NCBI GenBank assembly: GCA_947501605.1
Contig: CANMWZ010000017.1
Span: 27,475-91,474, forward strand
DNA: 64,000 nucleotides
Direction: 5' to 3'
Origin: Planctomycetota bacterium
GTDB taxonomy: Bacteria > Planctomycetota > UBA1135 > UBA2386
The notes beneath the pieces were generated by a model that worked only from the letters and a program-made list of their open reading frames with translations, ran no database searches and was not told the DNA's origin. Shown here in pieces: positions 13,023 to 22,204 of this stretch (the stretch's first letter is position 1; the number at the start of each line of letters is the position of its first letter). The position numbers were made by a program, and so were the translations under genes.

Positions 13023-15669
13023 TCAACCCGACCTCCATCGCCTCCGCGACCTCTTTGACCGCGCCGCGGAACTCGATGCCAACGCGCGCGAGCAGTTGTT
13101 CGCCAGCATCGGCGACGAGGTCCTCATCGAGCGTTGCCGCGCGCTGCTGAAACAGGACGCCGCTGCGACAGTCCCGGCTCTGCAACATTCGCTCGGCTCG
13201 ATGCCGCCGCCGCGCATCGGCAACTACGAACTCCTGCGCTCTCTGGGCCGAGGGGGCATGGGCGAAGTGATGCTCGCGCGCCAGGTCGAACCTGTCGAGC
13301 GATTGGTTGCGCTCAAGTTCCTGCGGAGTCAGTCCGAATCGCCAATCGCCGCGGAGTGGTTTGAGCAAGAACGCCAAACACTCGCGTTGATGAACCACCC
13401 CTGCATCGCGCAGATCTACGACGGTGGCCGCACGGAGGACGGCACGCTCTACCTGGTGATGGAGTACGTTCGCGGTGAACCGATCACGACCTACTGTGAT
13501 CGCCGTCGCCTCGACGTTCATGCTCGCCTCTCGCTGTTCGCCGATGTCTGCGCCGCGGTGCAGCACGCGCATCAGAAGGCCGTGATCCACCGCGATCTCA
13601 AGCCTGACAACGTGCTCGTCGCCGAACTCGATGGCGCAGGACTGCCGAAGATCATCGACTTCGGTATCGCACGAGCACTGTCGCGCGCACCAAGCCGATC
13701 CTTGCGTCCCGTGGAGGATGTGAGCGTGATCGGCACCCCTCTCTACATGAGCGCGGAACAGCTCGAGCCCGGCAACCTCGGCGTCGACACTCGCACCGAC
13801 ATCTACTCGCTCGGGGTCATACTCTACGAACTGCTGACCGGCTCGCTGCCGACGACCGGCGAAGGAGCTCCGAGCGTCGTACCCCCACCGAGCGCGGCAG
13901 TCCAAGGCCTCGACGATGTCGCGCGCACGGCACGCGCCGCCTCCTGCAGCACCAAGGCCCACGAACTGCAACGGCTGCTCACCGGCGACCTCGATGCAGT
14001 CGTCCTGCGCTCGATGGCCAAGGACCGCAACGATCGCTACGAGTCAGCTGCCGAGCTACGCGCAGACCTCGTGCACTTCCGCAAACACGAGCCGGTGACA
14101 GCGCTACCGCCGAGCCCTGGCTACCTGGTTCGCAGGTTCATTCGCCGCCATCGAACGCTGGTCGCAGCGGCGACCTTGGTGGCGATCTCGTTGCTCGCGG
14201 TCGTCGCGTCCACGACATGGGGCATGCTGGCCGCCGGCCGAGCCCGCGACACGCTGGCCTCGATGCACGAGCGTGACCTCTTGCAGCTGACGCGCGTGGG
14301 TGCGCAGATGGAGTTCACCGACCTTGTCCTGTTCCACCTCGACCCTGGCACGGGCGACAGCAGTGGCTCGTTACGCGAGGTGCTCGATCAACTCGCTCCG
14401 ACGATCGCCGCGCGCTACGGCGTGCGTCCACGAGAGGAAGCCGGCGTGCGGGCGAGCGTCGGCCATGCCTATGTCGCCGCCGGCGAGCCAAGGAAGGCCA
14501 TGCCGCACCTGTTGCGCGCCTTCGAACTGATGCAGAAAGACGGCGGGCGCCAGGACACGGCCTTATTGCCCGTGTTGAACGACCTCGCTCGCGCAAGCCG
14601 CCTGGTGGGAAGTTCGCAGAAGGGCAATGACTACCTAGCAATGGTGCTGGAGATCGGAGGTGCAGAACTTCGGCGAGCCGAACCGGGGTTGGCACGTTCG
14701 TTCGACGAGCTCGCCCGCCTCGCGCGCACGGAGGGCGGTGACGCCGAGTTCCTCCGCGCCTTCGATGCGGCGCTGACCACGATCGAGAGGCTGCCGCGAA
14801 ACGACCACGTGTCTCGTCTTGTCGTGGCGCTGACCGGAGCAACTGGCCTGATGATCGCTGATGCAAACATCGGGAACGGCTCGGCGCTGCTGACTCGCAT
14901 CGGTCGCTTCGTAGAGAGCACGTACGACGACGAAGTGGATGCCGTCATCCCTGTAGTCCGACTCTCCGAACGCATGCTGCGGCTAGGCTCGCTGCAGGAC
15001 GCGAAGAGGCTCGCAGCAGAAGGCCGCGCGACCCTCGACCGCCTCGCCATCGGTCGACACTGGCTGCGGTTTCAGACGGAACGCGTGCTCGGACTCGCAC
15101 TGTCACTCGACGGGGAAGCGGCGGCCGGCGAAGTGCTGCTGCTGGCGCTGCGCGAACAGCTGCGCGATCTCAGTCCTGCCGCGAACGAACATGCCCGCGC
15201 CGCCGCCAATGCGCTGAAAGAACTGTGCACCCGACTGCAAGCAAGCGGCCAACTCGCCGGCTTCCTCGATGCGTCGCTGTTGCGGTGGCGCAAGGCTGCT
15301 CTTGGTACCGCATGGTGGCCCGCCGAGATCGACGATGCTCCGCCGCTGGCGCGCGATCTGGCATTGGGCGCCGTGGAGGCCATCGGCACCGAAGATCGCA
15401 CGGCGCTTGATCGCATGACCCTTGGCGCACTGCTGCTGCGTCATGACCGCAGCGAGCCCGCGCTCGTCGAACTCGAAGCAGCGGCTGCGAAGCTGCCAGC
15501 TCCTCCCTGCGAGCTTCTCGCCGACCTCGCCCGAGCGCGGGTCCGACTCGGCAACCGGCTGGGCGCCGAGGCTGCGGTGCTCGCGCTCGAAGCCGTGGTC
15601 GCTGGCGGCGACGCCTCGCCTCGGGCTCGCGCATCGCTCGCCCGCGCCCGGAGCGACCTCCACCGCTGA
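13015..15669 (+). CDS. Ser/Thr protein kinase with TM helix and C-terminal TPR-like helical region
   Basis: LGRGGMGEV, VALK, HRDLKPDN, IIDFGIA, GTPLYMSAEQ, GDLDAVVLRSMAKDRNDRY; overlaps the ECF stop codon. Confidence 0.93.
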   Translation: MSDQPDLHRLRDLFDRAAELDANAREQLFASIGDEVLIERCRALLKQDAAATVPALQHSLGSMPPPRIGNYELLRSLGRGGMGEVMLARQVEPVERLVALKFLRSQSESPIAAEWFEQERQTLALMNHPCIAQIYDGGRTEDGTLYLVMEYVRGEPITTYCDRRRLDVHARLSLFADVCAAVQHAHQKAVIHRDLKPDNVLVAELDGAGLPKIIDFGIARALSRAPSRSLRPVEDVSVIGTPLYMSAEQLEPGNLGVDTRTDIYSLGVILYELLTGSLPTTGEGAPSVVPPPSAAVQGLDDVARTARAASCSTKAHELQRLLTGDLDAVVLRSMAKDRNDRYESAAELRADLVHFRKHEPVTALPPSPGYLVRRFIRRHRTLVAAATLVAISLLAVVASTTWGMLAAGRARDTLASMHERDLLQLTRVGAQMEFTDLVLFHLDPGTGDSSGSLREVLDQLAPTIAARYGVRPREEAGVRASVGHAYVAAGEPRKAMPHLLRAFELMQKDGGRQDTALLPVLNDLARASRLVGSSQKGNDYLAMVLEIGGAELRRAEPGLARSFDELARLARTEGGDAEFLRAFDAALTTIERLPRNDHVSRLVVALTGATGLMIADANIGNGSALLTRIGRFVESTYDDEVDAVIPVVRLSERMLRLGSLQDAKRLAAEGRATLDRLAIGRHWLRFQTERVLGLALSLDGEAAAGEVLLLALREQLRDLSPAANEHARAAANALKELCTRLQASGQLAGFLDASLLRWRKAALGTAWWPAEIDDAPPLARDLALGAVEAIGTEDRTALDRMTLGALLLRHDRSEPALVELEAAAAKLPAPPCELLADLARARVRLGNRLGAEAAVLALEAVVAGGDASPRARASLARARSDLHR

Positions 15670-15838
15670 GGAGCGCGCCGTGACGCGGCGAGCGTCACCG
15701 GCTCCAGAAATCGTCGCCATCGTGATGGTCCAACGATGCCGATTGCGGATGTCCTGCTGGCCGCCCCGCGGCCGCCGGAGCGCCCAAGCGCTCTGGAGTT
15801 CGATCCATCCGGTTCCCCCTCCTCCAGAGGTTTCTCTC

Positions 15839-16249
15839 ATGCGCGCGATCTTCGTAGCAGCGTCTCTTGTCCTCGCCGGTGCCCTGCCCGCTCAGGGCTG
15901 TGGCAGCCTCGCCATCAGCGGCGGCGCTTCCGGTTCGCAGTTGTCGATCTCCGTTGCCGGCGCTTCGAGCGGCAGCTACGCCATCCTCGTGGTCGGTGAG
16001 CAGGCTGGCTCGACGCAGGTCCCGCTGCCCATCGGCGGCAGCCTCGTGCTCGGCATCGCCGAACCGTTTTTCCCGGTACCGATCGGCATGGCCGACATGG
16101 CAGGAGCGGTCTCTCTGCAGCTGCAGATCCCAGCCAATCTCCCAGGCCAACTGAGCCTGCAGGCCCAAGCGGTCAGCCTTGGCTACTCGCTGATGCCCTT
16201 CGCCATCCGCGCCTGTGCCTCGAACGTGGTTCCGGTCACGATCGGCTGA
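15839..16249 (+). CDS. Small secreted hypothetical protein (beta-rich single domain)
   Basis: Signal peptide MRAIFVAASLVLAGALPAQ; GAGG RBS; C-terminus LQIPANLPGQLSLQAQAVS...ASNVVPVTIG. Confidence 0.75.
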   Translation: MRAIFVAASLVLAGALPAQGCGSLAISGGASGSQLSISVAGASSGSYAILVVGEQAGSTQVPLPIGGSLVLGIAEPFFPVPIGMADMAGAVSLQLQIPANLPGQLSLQAQAVSLGYSLMPFAIRACASNVVPVTIG

Positions 16250-16469
16250 GGCGTTGCCTGGCACACCCAGCGCAGGAGTCTCCCGCCTACGCTGGGTTGA
16301 TCGTCTTCGCGAAGCCGCTCTCGGTCCGAGTTCGAATCCGCGGCGGAACAGCCCCCGTCCATCTAGAAGCCGCGGGTCTCATGCAGCACACCCCTCTCGC
16401 GCCGCTTGCGCAGCGCGCGGTGCCCGGACCGGGGCGGCCTCGCCCTTTGTCAGTTGACGTCGCTGCCAG

Positions 16470-17177
16470 TTAGCCTCGCCAAGCCTGCAGGAGCAGCGGA
16501 TCGCCAAGTTCCAGCGGCTTGCCGGCGTGGAGCCGTGCCCGCCGCAGATACTCGGCGCGAGGGATCGCAAACGCTCCGAAGCTCGCGAGGTGAGGCGTCA
16601 CGAACTGCACCTCAAAGGTCTCGATCCCGGCCGCGAACAGCGAGCGCACCATCGCAACGAGGGCAACCTTCGACATGTCGGTCCGGCGATGGAACATCGA
16701 CTCGGCGCAGAACAGTCGACCGATCCGCACGCCGTAGATCCCACCGACGAGATCGTCGTCGCACCAGACTTCGAGGCTGTGGGCATGTCCCTTCTGGTGC
16801 AGCAGCTCATAGGCATCGAGCATCTCGGGGATCACCCAGGTGCCTTCCGGTCGGTTCTCGCCACAGTGCGTCATCACTCGCCGAAAACACCGATCGAAGG
16901 TCAGCATGAACTCGCCGCGCGCAATCGTGCGCTGCAGGCTGTGACTCACGTGCAGGCGGGCGAGATTGAACAGCGCCCGCGGATCTGGACTCCACCAGAG
17001 TGGCACGAGCCCCTCCCCGTACCACGGGAAGATGCCCATGCGGTAGGCGGTCAGCAGCCGCTCGGTCGAGAGCGCACCACCCATCGCGATCAGGCCTTCG
17101 CTATCAAAACGCCTCGGATCGGGAAACGGGTCGTCATCGCCCCGAAGGAGCACCGGAAGGCGCAGGCCGCCGACCAT
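16470..17177 (-). CDS. aat: Leucyl/phenylalanyl-tRNA--protein transferase
   Basis: GLIAMGG, AYRMGIFPW, WWSPDPR, GHAHSLEVW, LVGGIYGV, ESMFH, SKVAL. Confidence 0.96.
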   Translation of the reverse strand: MVGGLRLPVLLRGDDDPFPDPRRFDSEGLIAMGGALSTERLLTAYRMGIFPWYGEGLVPLWWSPDPRALFNLARLHVSHSLQRTIARGEFMLTFDRCFRRVMTHCGENRPEGTWVIPEMLDAYELLHQKGHAHSLEVWCDDDLVGGIYGVRIGRLFCAESMFHRRTDMSKVALVAMVRSLFAAGIETFEVQFVTPHLASFGAFAIPRAEYLRRARLHAGKPLELGDPLLLQAWRG

Positions 17178-17180
17178 CGG

Positions 17181-18209
17181 TCAACGATCCTTCAGACCGC
17201 GGAGCGTCGTGTGCTGCTCTTCGCGATCGGCAAGCTCGAGCACGTCGATATCGCCATCGTCACGGTCCTTGAAGTAGACGCGCAGTCCAAGCGATGCGCG
17301 CAAACTCCAGGTGTCTTGGCCACCCATCTTCTTGACCTCGAGGCCCGGATACGCGTGACCCTCGGTGCAAAACAACAGCACCGCCTGAACCGCACGCTCG
17401 ATGCTCTTGCGATCTTTGCCGTCCAGAGATTTATGGAACGACGGCAGGAAGTGCGGCAACCGAAAGCGAACCGGCTCGGGCGGCGGCGGGGGTCTGGCCT
17501 TACGGCGGCGCCCCTTCGGCAGCAGGGACTCCAGATCTTTGACTTCGTCTTCCAGGTCGCGGACGCGCGTGCGCTCGTGGGCAAATTGCCGCCGCAGCGC
17601 TTCGTCCGCCGCTGCCCTGGCTTCAAGCTCTTGCAAGACCTCGTGGAGGCGGTGATCGAGTTCGCGCTCGCGTGAAGCGGCATCGGTCGCGCGTGCAGGC
17701 AACTTCGTGGGCTTCTGCGACTGGCGGGCGAGTTCTGTGCGCAGGACCTCGGCATCGAGGTCCGCGGCTCTTCGGGTCGCAGCCTCGCGCTCACCGGCGC
17801 GCAGTGCGGCCTCGCGAGCTCGCTCGAGTTCGTCGCGCAGACGCTGGAGCTCCTGATCTTTGAAGCGAATCGACGCCGCCTGATCCGCCACAGCCTGCTC
17901 CGCGGCAGCCGCATCGCTGATCGACGGGTCGCCCTGCTGTGCGCGTAGCAGTGGTTCGAGTAACAGACCGACCACTTTTTCCATCTCGCTCGGGTCGGTT
18001 CGGTCGGCGAGCAGCGGAGCCAGAACCCGAGCTGGCGCGCTCTCGATCCGAAACCCCTTGGGCGAGAGCGCGAGGTCCTGTGCCAGGGCTCGCAGGCGGC
18101 TCACGGGTACGACGACCTCCAGCAGTACCGCGAGGGGCAGCACACCGCGATCCTTCAATGCCCTCTCGGTGAGCTTGCGGATGCGCAGGTCTGAAGATCG
18201 ATCACCCAT
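17181..18209 (-). CDS. Coiled-coil protein with C-terminal RelE/ParE-like domain
   Basis: Central Glu/Arg-rich heptads and a Pro linker, then FLPSFHKSL...YPGLEVKKMGGQDTWSLRASLGLRVYFKD...IDVLELADRE, which follows the RelE/ParE pattern. Confidence 0.65.
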   Translation of the reverse strand: MGDRSSDLRIRKLTERALKDRGVLPLAVLLEVVVPVSRLRALAQDLALSPKGFRIESAPARVLAPLLADRTDPSEMEKVVGLLLEPLLRAQQGDPSISDAAAAEQAVADQAASIRFKDQELQRLRDELERAREAALRAGEREAATRRAADLDAEVLRTELARQSQKPTKLPARATDAASRERELDHRLHEVLQELEARAAADEALRRQFAHERTRVRDLEDEVKDLESLLPKGRRRKARPPPPPEPVRFRLPHFLPSFHKSLDGKDRKSIERAVQAVLLFCTEGHAYPGLEVKKMGGQDTWSLRASLGLRVYFKDRDDGDIDVLELADREEQHTTLRGLKDR

Positions 18210-18269
18210 GACAAACATCGATGATCGCGCAGACCGCTGGTTTTGCCAGAGGCGGAATCGGATGCGGCA

Positions 18270-18728
18270 CTATCCGCCCGGCGCTCGCGGATACAGCCAT
18301 TCGACGGGGTAGTCCGTCCACTGCTGCTGTTGCTCGTCGAGTTCCCGCTCGATGCGTTCGCGTTCTTCCGGTGTCAGCGACTGATCAGGTTGCCACCAGC
18401 GCCAGAGCCCCCATTCGAGGATGTCGATAGGGGCGGCGATGAGCGTGCCGACGCGCCAGAGCACGAAGGATGGGAACAGGAAGATCGACAGCGGATCGCG
18501 GGTGGCATCGTCCTGGCTGGCGTAAACGCCCCAGGTGATAGGGACGGCCACAACGTCGATCGGGATGCCGACGACGAAGCCGATGAACCCGCCGAAGGTT
18601 GCCGGGGCACGGGTCACCGGTGTTCGACCGGACTTGGCCGACACCAGCTCATCGGTGTAGCGCACGATCGGAGTACAGCCGCCGAGCGCGGCGGCGATCG
18701 CGAGCAATGCAGCGCCGCGTCGACTCAC
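18270..18728 (-). CDS. Putative lipoprotein (YceK/YidQ-like pattern)
   Basis: Lipobox LGGC after a hydrophobic stretch; repeated P[IL]D[VI][VL] motifs; GTGA overlap with the upstream gene. Confidence 0.6.
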   Translation of the reverse strand: MSRRGAALLAIAAALGGCTPIVRYTDELVSAKSGRTPVTRAPATFGGFIGFVVGIPIDVVAVPITWGVYASQDDATRDPLSIFLFPSFVLWRVGTLIAAPIDILEWGLWRWWQPDQSLTPEERERIERELDEQQQQWTDYPVEWLYPRAPGG

Positions 18729-19366
18729 CGCTTTTCCTTGCGCGGCTCCCGACGCGCGAACGCCATCTCGCGCACAATCCACTCGTCGGCGAGTTCGGCA
18801 GGAGGAGCCAGCTGCTGCGCCAGCGACTTGGCAATGGTCGCGTTCGTGATCTTGAGTGTGTAGAGCTTCCAGATCGACGGCAACGGCTCGCTGTTGGCGC
18901 TGCGGGCGCTGGACTCACAGTTGAAGAGCACCGCGAACAGGAAGTCGCGGAAGAAGGTGAAGTCCTTGTTGGAACGCGGGAGCCAGTCGATCTTGACGAC
19001 GATGTCGCGAGCGGCCTGCTTTTGCCCGGTCGTGACGTTCTCCTCACGTGGTGGGTTGATCTTGAACTGGTCCTTGGCAAGTTGACCAGCCATCGCCGAG
19101 CGGAAGATCTGCCCCTCGAAGTAGAGATCTGTGCTTCCCGTCTGACTCGAGGTGTTGACGCGGTTCTCCTCGACTGTCTTGAGCTGCTTGTTGAGCTTCC
19201 CGATCTCCTCGAGCAGTCCGCCAATCTTGTTCGCCTCAGTCAACGCGCGGTTTGCGCTCTCGATGGCGTTGCGGGTCGACTGGATCCACCAACCGGCGCC
19301 GGGGAGCAGAAGGACGGACGCCAGGATGACGCCCTTGTAGAGGTCGAAGTTGGCAAACAGCTTCAT
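18725..19366 (-). CDS. Bitopic membrane protein, PilO/GspM-like
   Basis: N-terminal TM, coiled coil and an alpha/beta C-terminal domain; overlaps the stop of the PilM-like gene. Function is inferred from position and topology. Confidence 0.55.
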   Translation of the reverse strand: MKLFANFDLYKGVILASVLLLPGAGWWIQSTRNAIESANRALTEANKIGGLLEEIGKLNKQLKTVEENRVNTSSQTGSTDLYFEGQIFRSAMAGQLAKDQFKINPPREENVTTGQKQAARDIVVKIDWLPRSNKDFTFFRDFLFAVLFNCESSARSANSEPLPSIWKLYTLKITNATIAKSLAQQLAPPAELADEWIVREMAFARREPRKEKR

Positions 19367-21342
19367 TGTCCGACTCCGAACGGCGCGAACGAGTCGCGGA
19401 CGTGGATCTTGAGGTCGTAGTAGGAACCGGTAACGCCCTTCTCGTTGCCATCGCGGAATGGCAGGTCACCACCGATGCTCTCCTCGATCTTTTGGAACGG
19501 CGAGTCGTCGCGCTTGCACTCCTCTTCCACCGCCTGCTTGACAGCCGCGAATCGCTCGCGGAAGTCCTCGCCGCGGAAAGCAAACCGGCACTGCAGGTAG
19601 CGACCACTCACATCTTTGCTCGGTGAGGATCTCATGCTGAGGTCCAAGGAACACAGCAGGTAGCGGCCGAGACTCGGCTCGGCGCGACCCAGCACCTCGA
19701 AGAACCGCTCGACAACGGCGAGGCCCGACTCCAAAGAGACCTCTTCGTAGATGCCCGACTCCTTCTGCTTGAGTTCGAGAGCACGGCGCAGCTTGTCGCG
19801 CACGAGCTTGACGCGCTCGTGCACGGGTCGCTGCTGCACTTCAGCGATGAGATCCTTGTAGCCGTAGAGCTTGGATCCCTCTTGGAACTTGAAGTAGCGC
19901 TCGTCGACGAGAGTGCCGAGCGCAAGCACCGGACCGAGCTGGCCGTAGAACTTCGGCTTCTTCGGGTCTGCCGAAGCGCCCTCGTAGGTGAGCCCGAGCC
20001 GGTACTCGACGTTCTGGAGTTGGCGCGTGAGCCGGACACCAAACACCACCGCAGTGAACAGCGCGACCATGCAGGCAATGGCCAACGGAAACTTGATGCG
20101 GTCGAATCCGCGCGTGAACGCAAGATCCTCGCGGCGGAAGTCGTAGCCAGGCGGGCCACCCAAGTTGGCAAGCGCCAAGCCCACGGCCACTGCGATCTGC
20201 GGCGCGTAGGTCTGAGCCTCCTCGGGAGTCAACGAGTGCTTGAGCTGACCGAGCACGTCGAGTTCGCGCGGTTCGACCCCGAACACTTCCTGCAGCATCG
20301 GCCGGACGCCCTCGAGTCGGCAGGCTCCGCCGGTGACCCACAGGGCCTCGATCGCATTGGCACGGCCCGAGGCGGCCAGGAAGCGAATGAACTCTCGCGA
20401 GAGGCGGGCGACGAAGGCCTGAAGCTCTGCATCCACCGCGGCGACCGACACCGTCACCTGGCGCATCGTCGCAGCAGCCGGAACCGACGCCGGCTCGCCC
20501 TCGACTGCGGCGACGGCGACCGGCTGGTCCGAGACCTCGACCTGGAAGTCGCTGCGACCTTCAAGACAGGCGCGCACGGCATCGCGCGCCTGCTGTAGCG
20601 GAATGCCGTGCAGGCGGACGAGCGAGTCGACGATGCCGCAATCCCCGAGACGCATCGTGCGCATGTCGAGCATCCGGCCACCTTCGACCAGCAATACACG
20701 CGTGCTGCGCGAGCCGAGGTCCAGCACGGCAGTGACGACGGGCTTTGCGTTCGGGTTGACGATTGGTAGCGTCGGCACCGGCGCCGGATCCCCTTCGATG
20801 GCAACCACCGCTGCGGTAGTCGGCGCGGCGAACGCGCCGCACCAGTCAGCAACGCGGTAGAGCGCCATCGTGTCGAGGTCCACGCGCTGCGGCTCGATTC
20901 CGACGCCCTCGAGCGCGGTGAGCATGGTACGCAAACCGAGTTTCGGCACCGCCGCGACGAGCACGCGCGACCCGGTCTCGACGCCGCCGACCTCCAGGAA
21001 ATCGACGACCATGTCGTCGACCGCGTGACTGTGGATCGCACTCTCGACCTCGGACTTGATGACCTTGCGGATCGCGTCAGCACCCTTGAACGGCACGTCG
21101 ATCGTACGCAGCACCGCCTCGCGGCACGGGTGCCCGAGGACTGAGTCGCCGGTCATCTTCCCGCCCTTTACACCCTCAGCGATGGCGGCTGCGGCCGCCT
21201 CGGCGCGAATGCCCTCGTCGTGCGACAACGCCACGACTCGTTCGGTGTGGCAGTGAAGCAGGCGCAGCTTCTTGTAGCTGCCGTCCAGTTCGACCACCTT
21301 GATGGAGTAGTCACCGGCATCGATTCCAACGGACCTCACCAT
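19363..21342 (-). CDS. PilM-like actin-fold protein fused to a PilN/GspL-like TM-periplasmic region
   Basis: VGIDAGDYSIKVVEL, AVLDLGSRST, LWVTGGAC, AVAVGLAL (PilM/FtsA motifs); then YDFRREDLAF, a TM helix and a periplasmic domain. Confidence 0.8.
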   Translation of the reverse strand: MVRSVGIDAGDYSIKVVELDGSYKKLRLLHCHTERVVALSHDEGIRAEAAAAAIAEGVKGGKMTGDSVLGHPCREAVLRTIDVPFKGADAIRKVIKSEVESAIHSHAVDDMVVDFLEVGGVETGSRVLVAAVPKLGLRTMLTALEGVGIEPQRVDLDTMALYRVADWCGAFAAPTTAAVVAIEGDPAPVPTLPIVNPNAKPVVTAVLDLGSRSTRVLLVEGGRMLDMRTMRLGDCGIVDSLVRLHGIPLQQARDAVRACLEGRSDFQVEVSDQPVAVAAVEGEPASVPAAATMRQVTVSVAAVDAELQAFVARLSREFIRFLAASGRANAIEALWVTGGACRLEGVRPMLQEVFGVEPRELDVLGQLKHSLTPEEAQTYAPQIAVAVGLALANLGGPPGYDFRREDLAFTRGFDRIKFPLAIACMVALFTAVVFGVRLTRQLQNVEYRLGLTYEGASADPKKPKFYGQLGPVLALGTLVDERYFKFQEGSKLYGYKDLIAEVQQRPVHERVKLVRDKLRRALELKQKESGIYEEVSLESGLAVVERFFEVLGRAEPSLGRYLLCSLDLSMRSSPSKDVSGRYLQCRFAFRGEDFRERFAAVKQAVEEECKRDDSPFQKIEESIGGDLPFRDGNEKGVTGSYYDLKIHVRDSFAPFGVGQ

Positions 21343-21345
21343 GCG

Positions 21346-21741
21346 TCACCTCGCCTGACCATTGGTCCGGCTCCATGTCTCGAAGTGTCTGCGCTGCTCG
21401 TCATTCAACAGCTCGTGGATGCGATCGCCCTGCCGACGTCGAGCTGCCGTCAGTTCGGCCTGCAGCGACTCGGGGAGCTGATCGAAGTTTGCGTGCCGGA
21501 AGACCTGCAACTGCTCCTCGCGGTAGCGCTGGAGCACAACACGCAGTGCTTGCTGCTGACGGCCACTGAGAACGAAGTCCAGGGCCATCTGCTGCACATA
21601 CTGCGCGTCCGGGTCCGCGGCGTCGGGCACAGAGCGGCCGGCAGCCGCGATGTCCGGGATCGTCATGCCTAGGATCATTCCGGCAAGAGAGCATCCCACG
21701 GCGCTGAGCAGAATCCAGAGTCGCGCGGGGTTCCGTTGCAC
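21346..21741 (-). CDS. Periplasmic helical protein (Spy/CpxP-like), ECF accessory
   Basis: N-terminal TM; LSGRQQQAL and IHELLNDEQRRHF motifs resemble LTxxQ repeats. Confidence 0.55.
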   Translation of the reverse strand: MQRNPARLWILLSAVGCSLAGMILGMTIPDIAAAGRSVPDAADPDAQYVQQMALDFVLSGRQQQALRVVLQRYREEQLQVFRHANFDQLPESLQAELTAARRRQGDRIHELLNDEQRRHFETWSRTNGQAR

Positions 21742-21745
21742 TGCG

Positions 21746-22204
21746 TCACTTCCGCGCGGCACCGGCGGCCCGCTCGCGAACTCTGGCGTCCAGATCATCG
21801 ACGATCCGCTGCGCTTCATCAGGCGCAGCCTGCAGCGAAGGATCGGCACCGCCCGTAAACACGCCGCTCTGCCACAGCATGGCGGCGGCGAAGACCGCGG
21901 CGGCAATCAGCAGGATGCGCTTGCAGAGATGCACGGCGCCCGCGGCCGCCTCGCCACCGGCGTCGACCGGCAAACGGCGAGCAGACGCCAACACCCGACC
22001 GGCAAACCCTGGGCGCGGCACAAAGCCGTCGCCAACACCCACACGGAATGGACGGCGCAAGTCGGCGCGGGCCTGCAAGCCCGCGCGCAGGGCGGGTTCG
22101 GCTGCGAGTCGGGCGTTGCAACTGGTCGCCTGGGCAGGCGAGAGCTCCCCGTCGAGGTAGCGATCGAGCAACATCAGGTCCTGGTCCGAGAGCTGAGGGG
22201 TCAT
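21746..22204 (-). CDS. Putative anti-sigma factor
   Basis: LLDRYLDGELSPAQ N-terminal ASD pattern and a single TM; overlaps the ECF stop. Confidence 0.75.
   Translation of the reverse strand: MTPQLSDQDLMLLDRYLDGELSPAQATSCNARLAAEPALRAGLQARADLRRPFRVGVGDGFVPRPGFAGRVLASARRLPVDAGGEAAAGAVHLCKRILLIAAAVFAAAMLWQSGVFTGGADPSLQAAPDEAQRIVDDLDARVRERAAGAARK

Noticed and set aside
17181..18782. Classical type II toxin-antitoxin pair
   Set aside because: No small antitoxin ORF flanks the RelE-like domain; the neighbours are a lipoprotein and aat.
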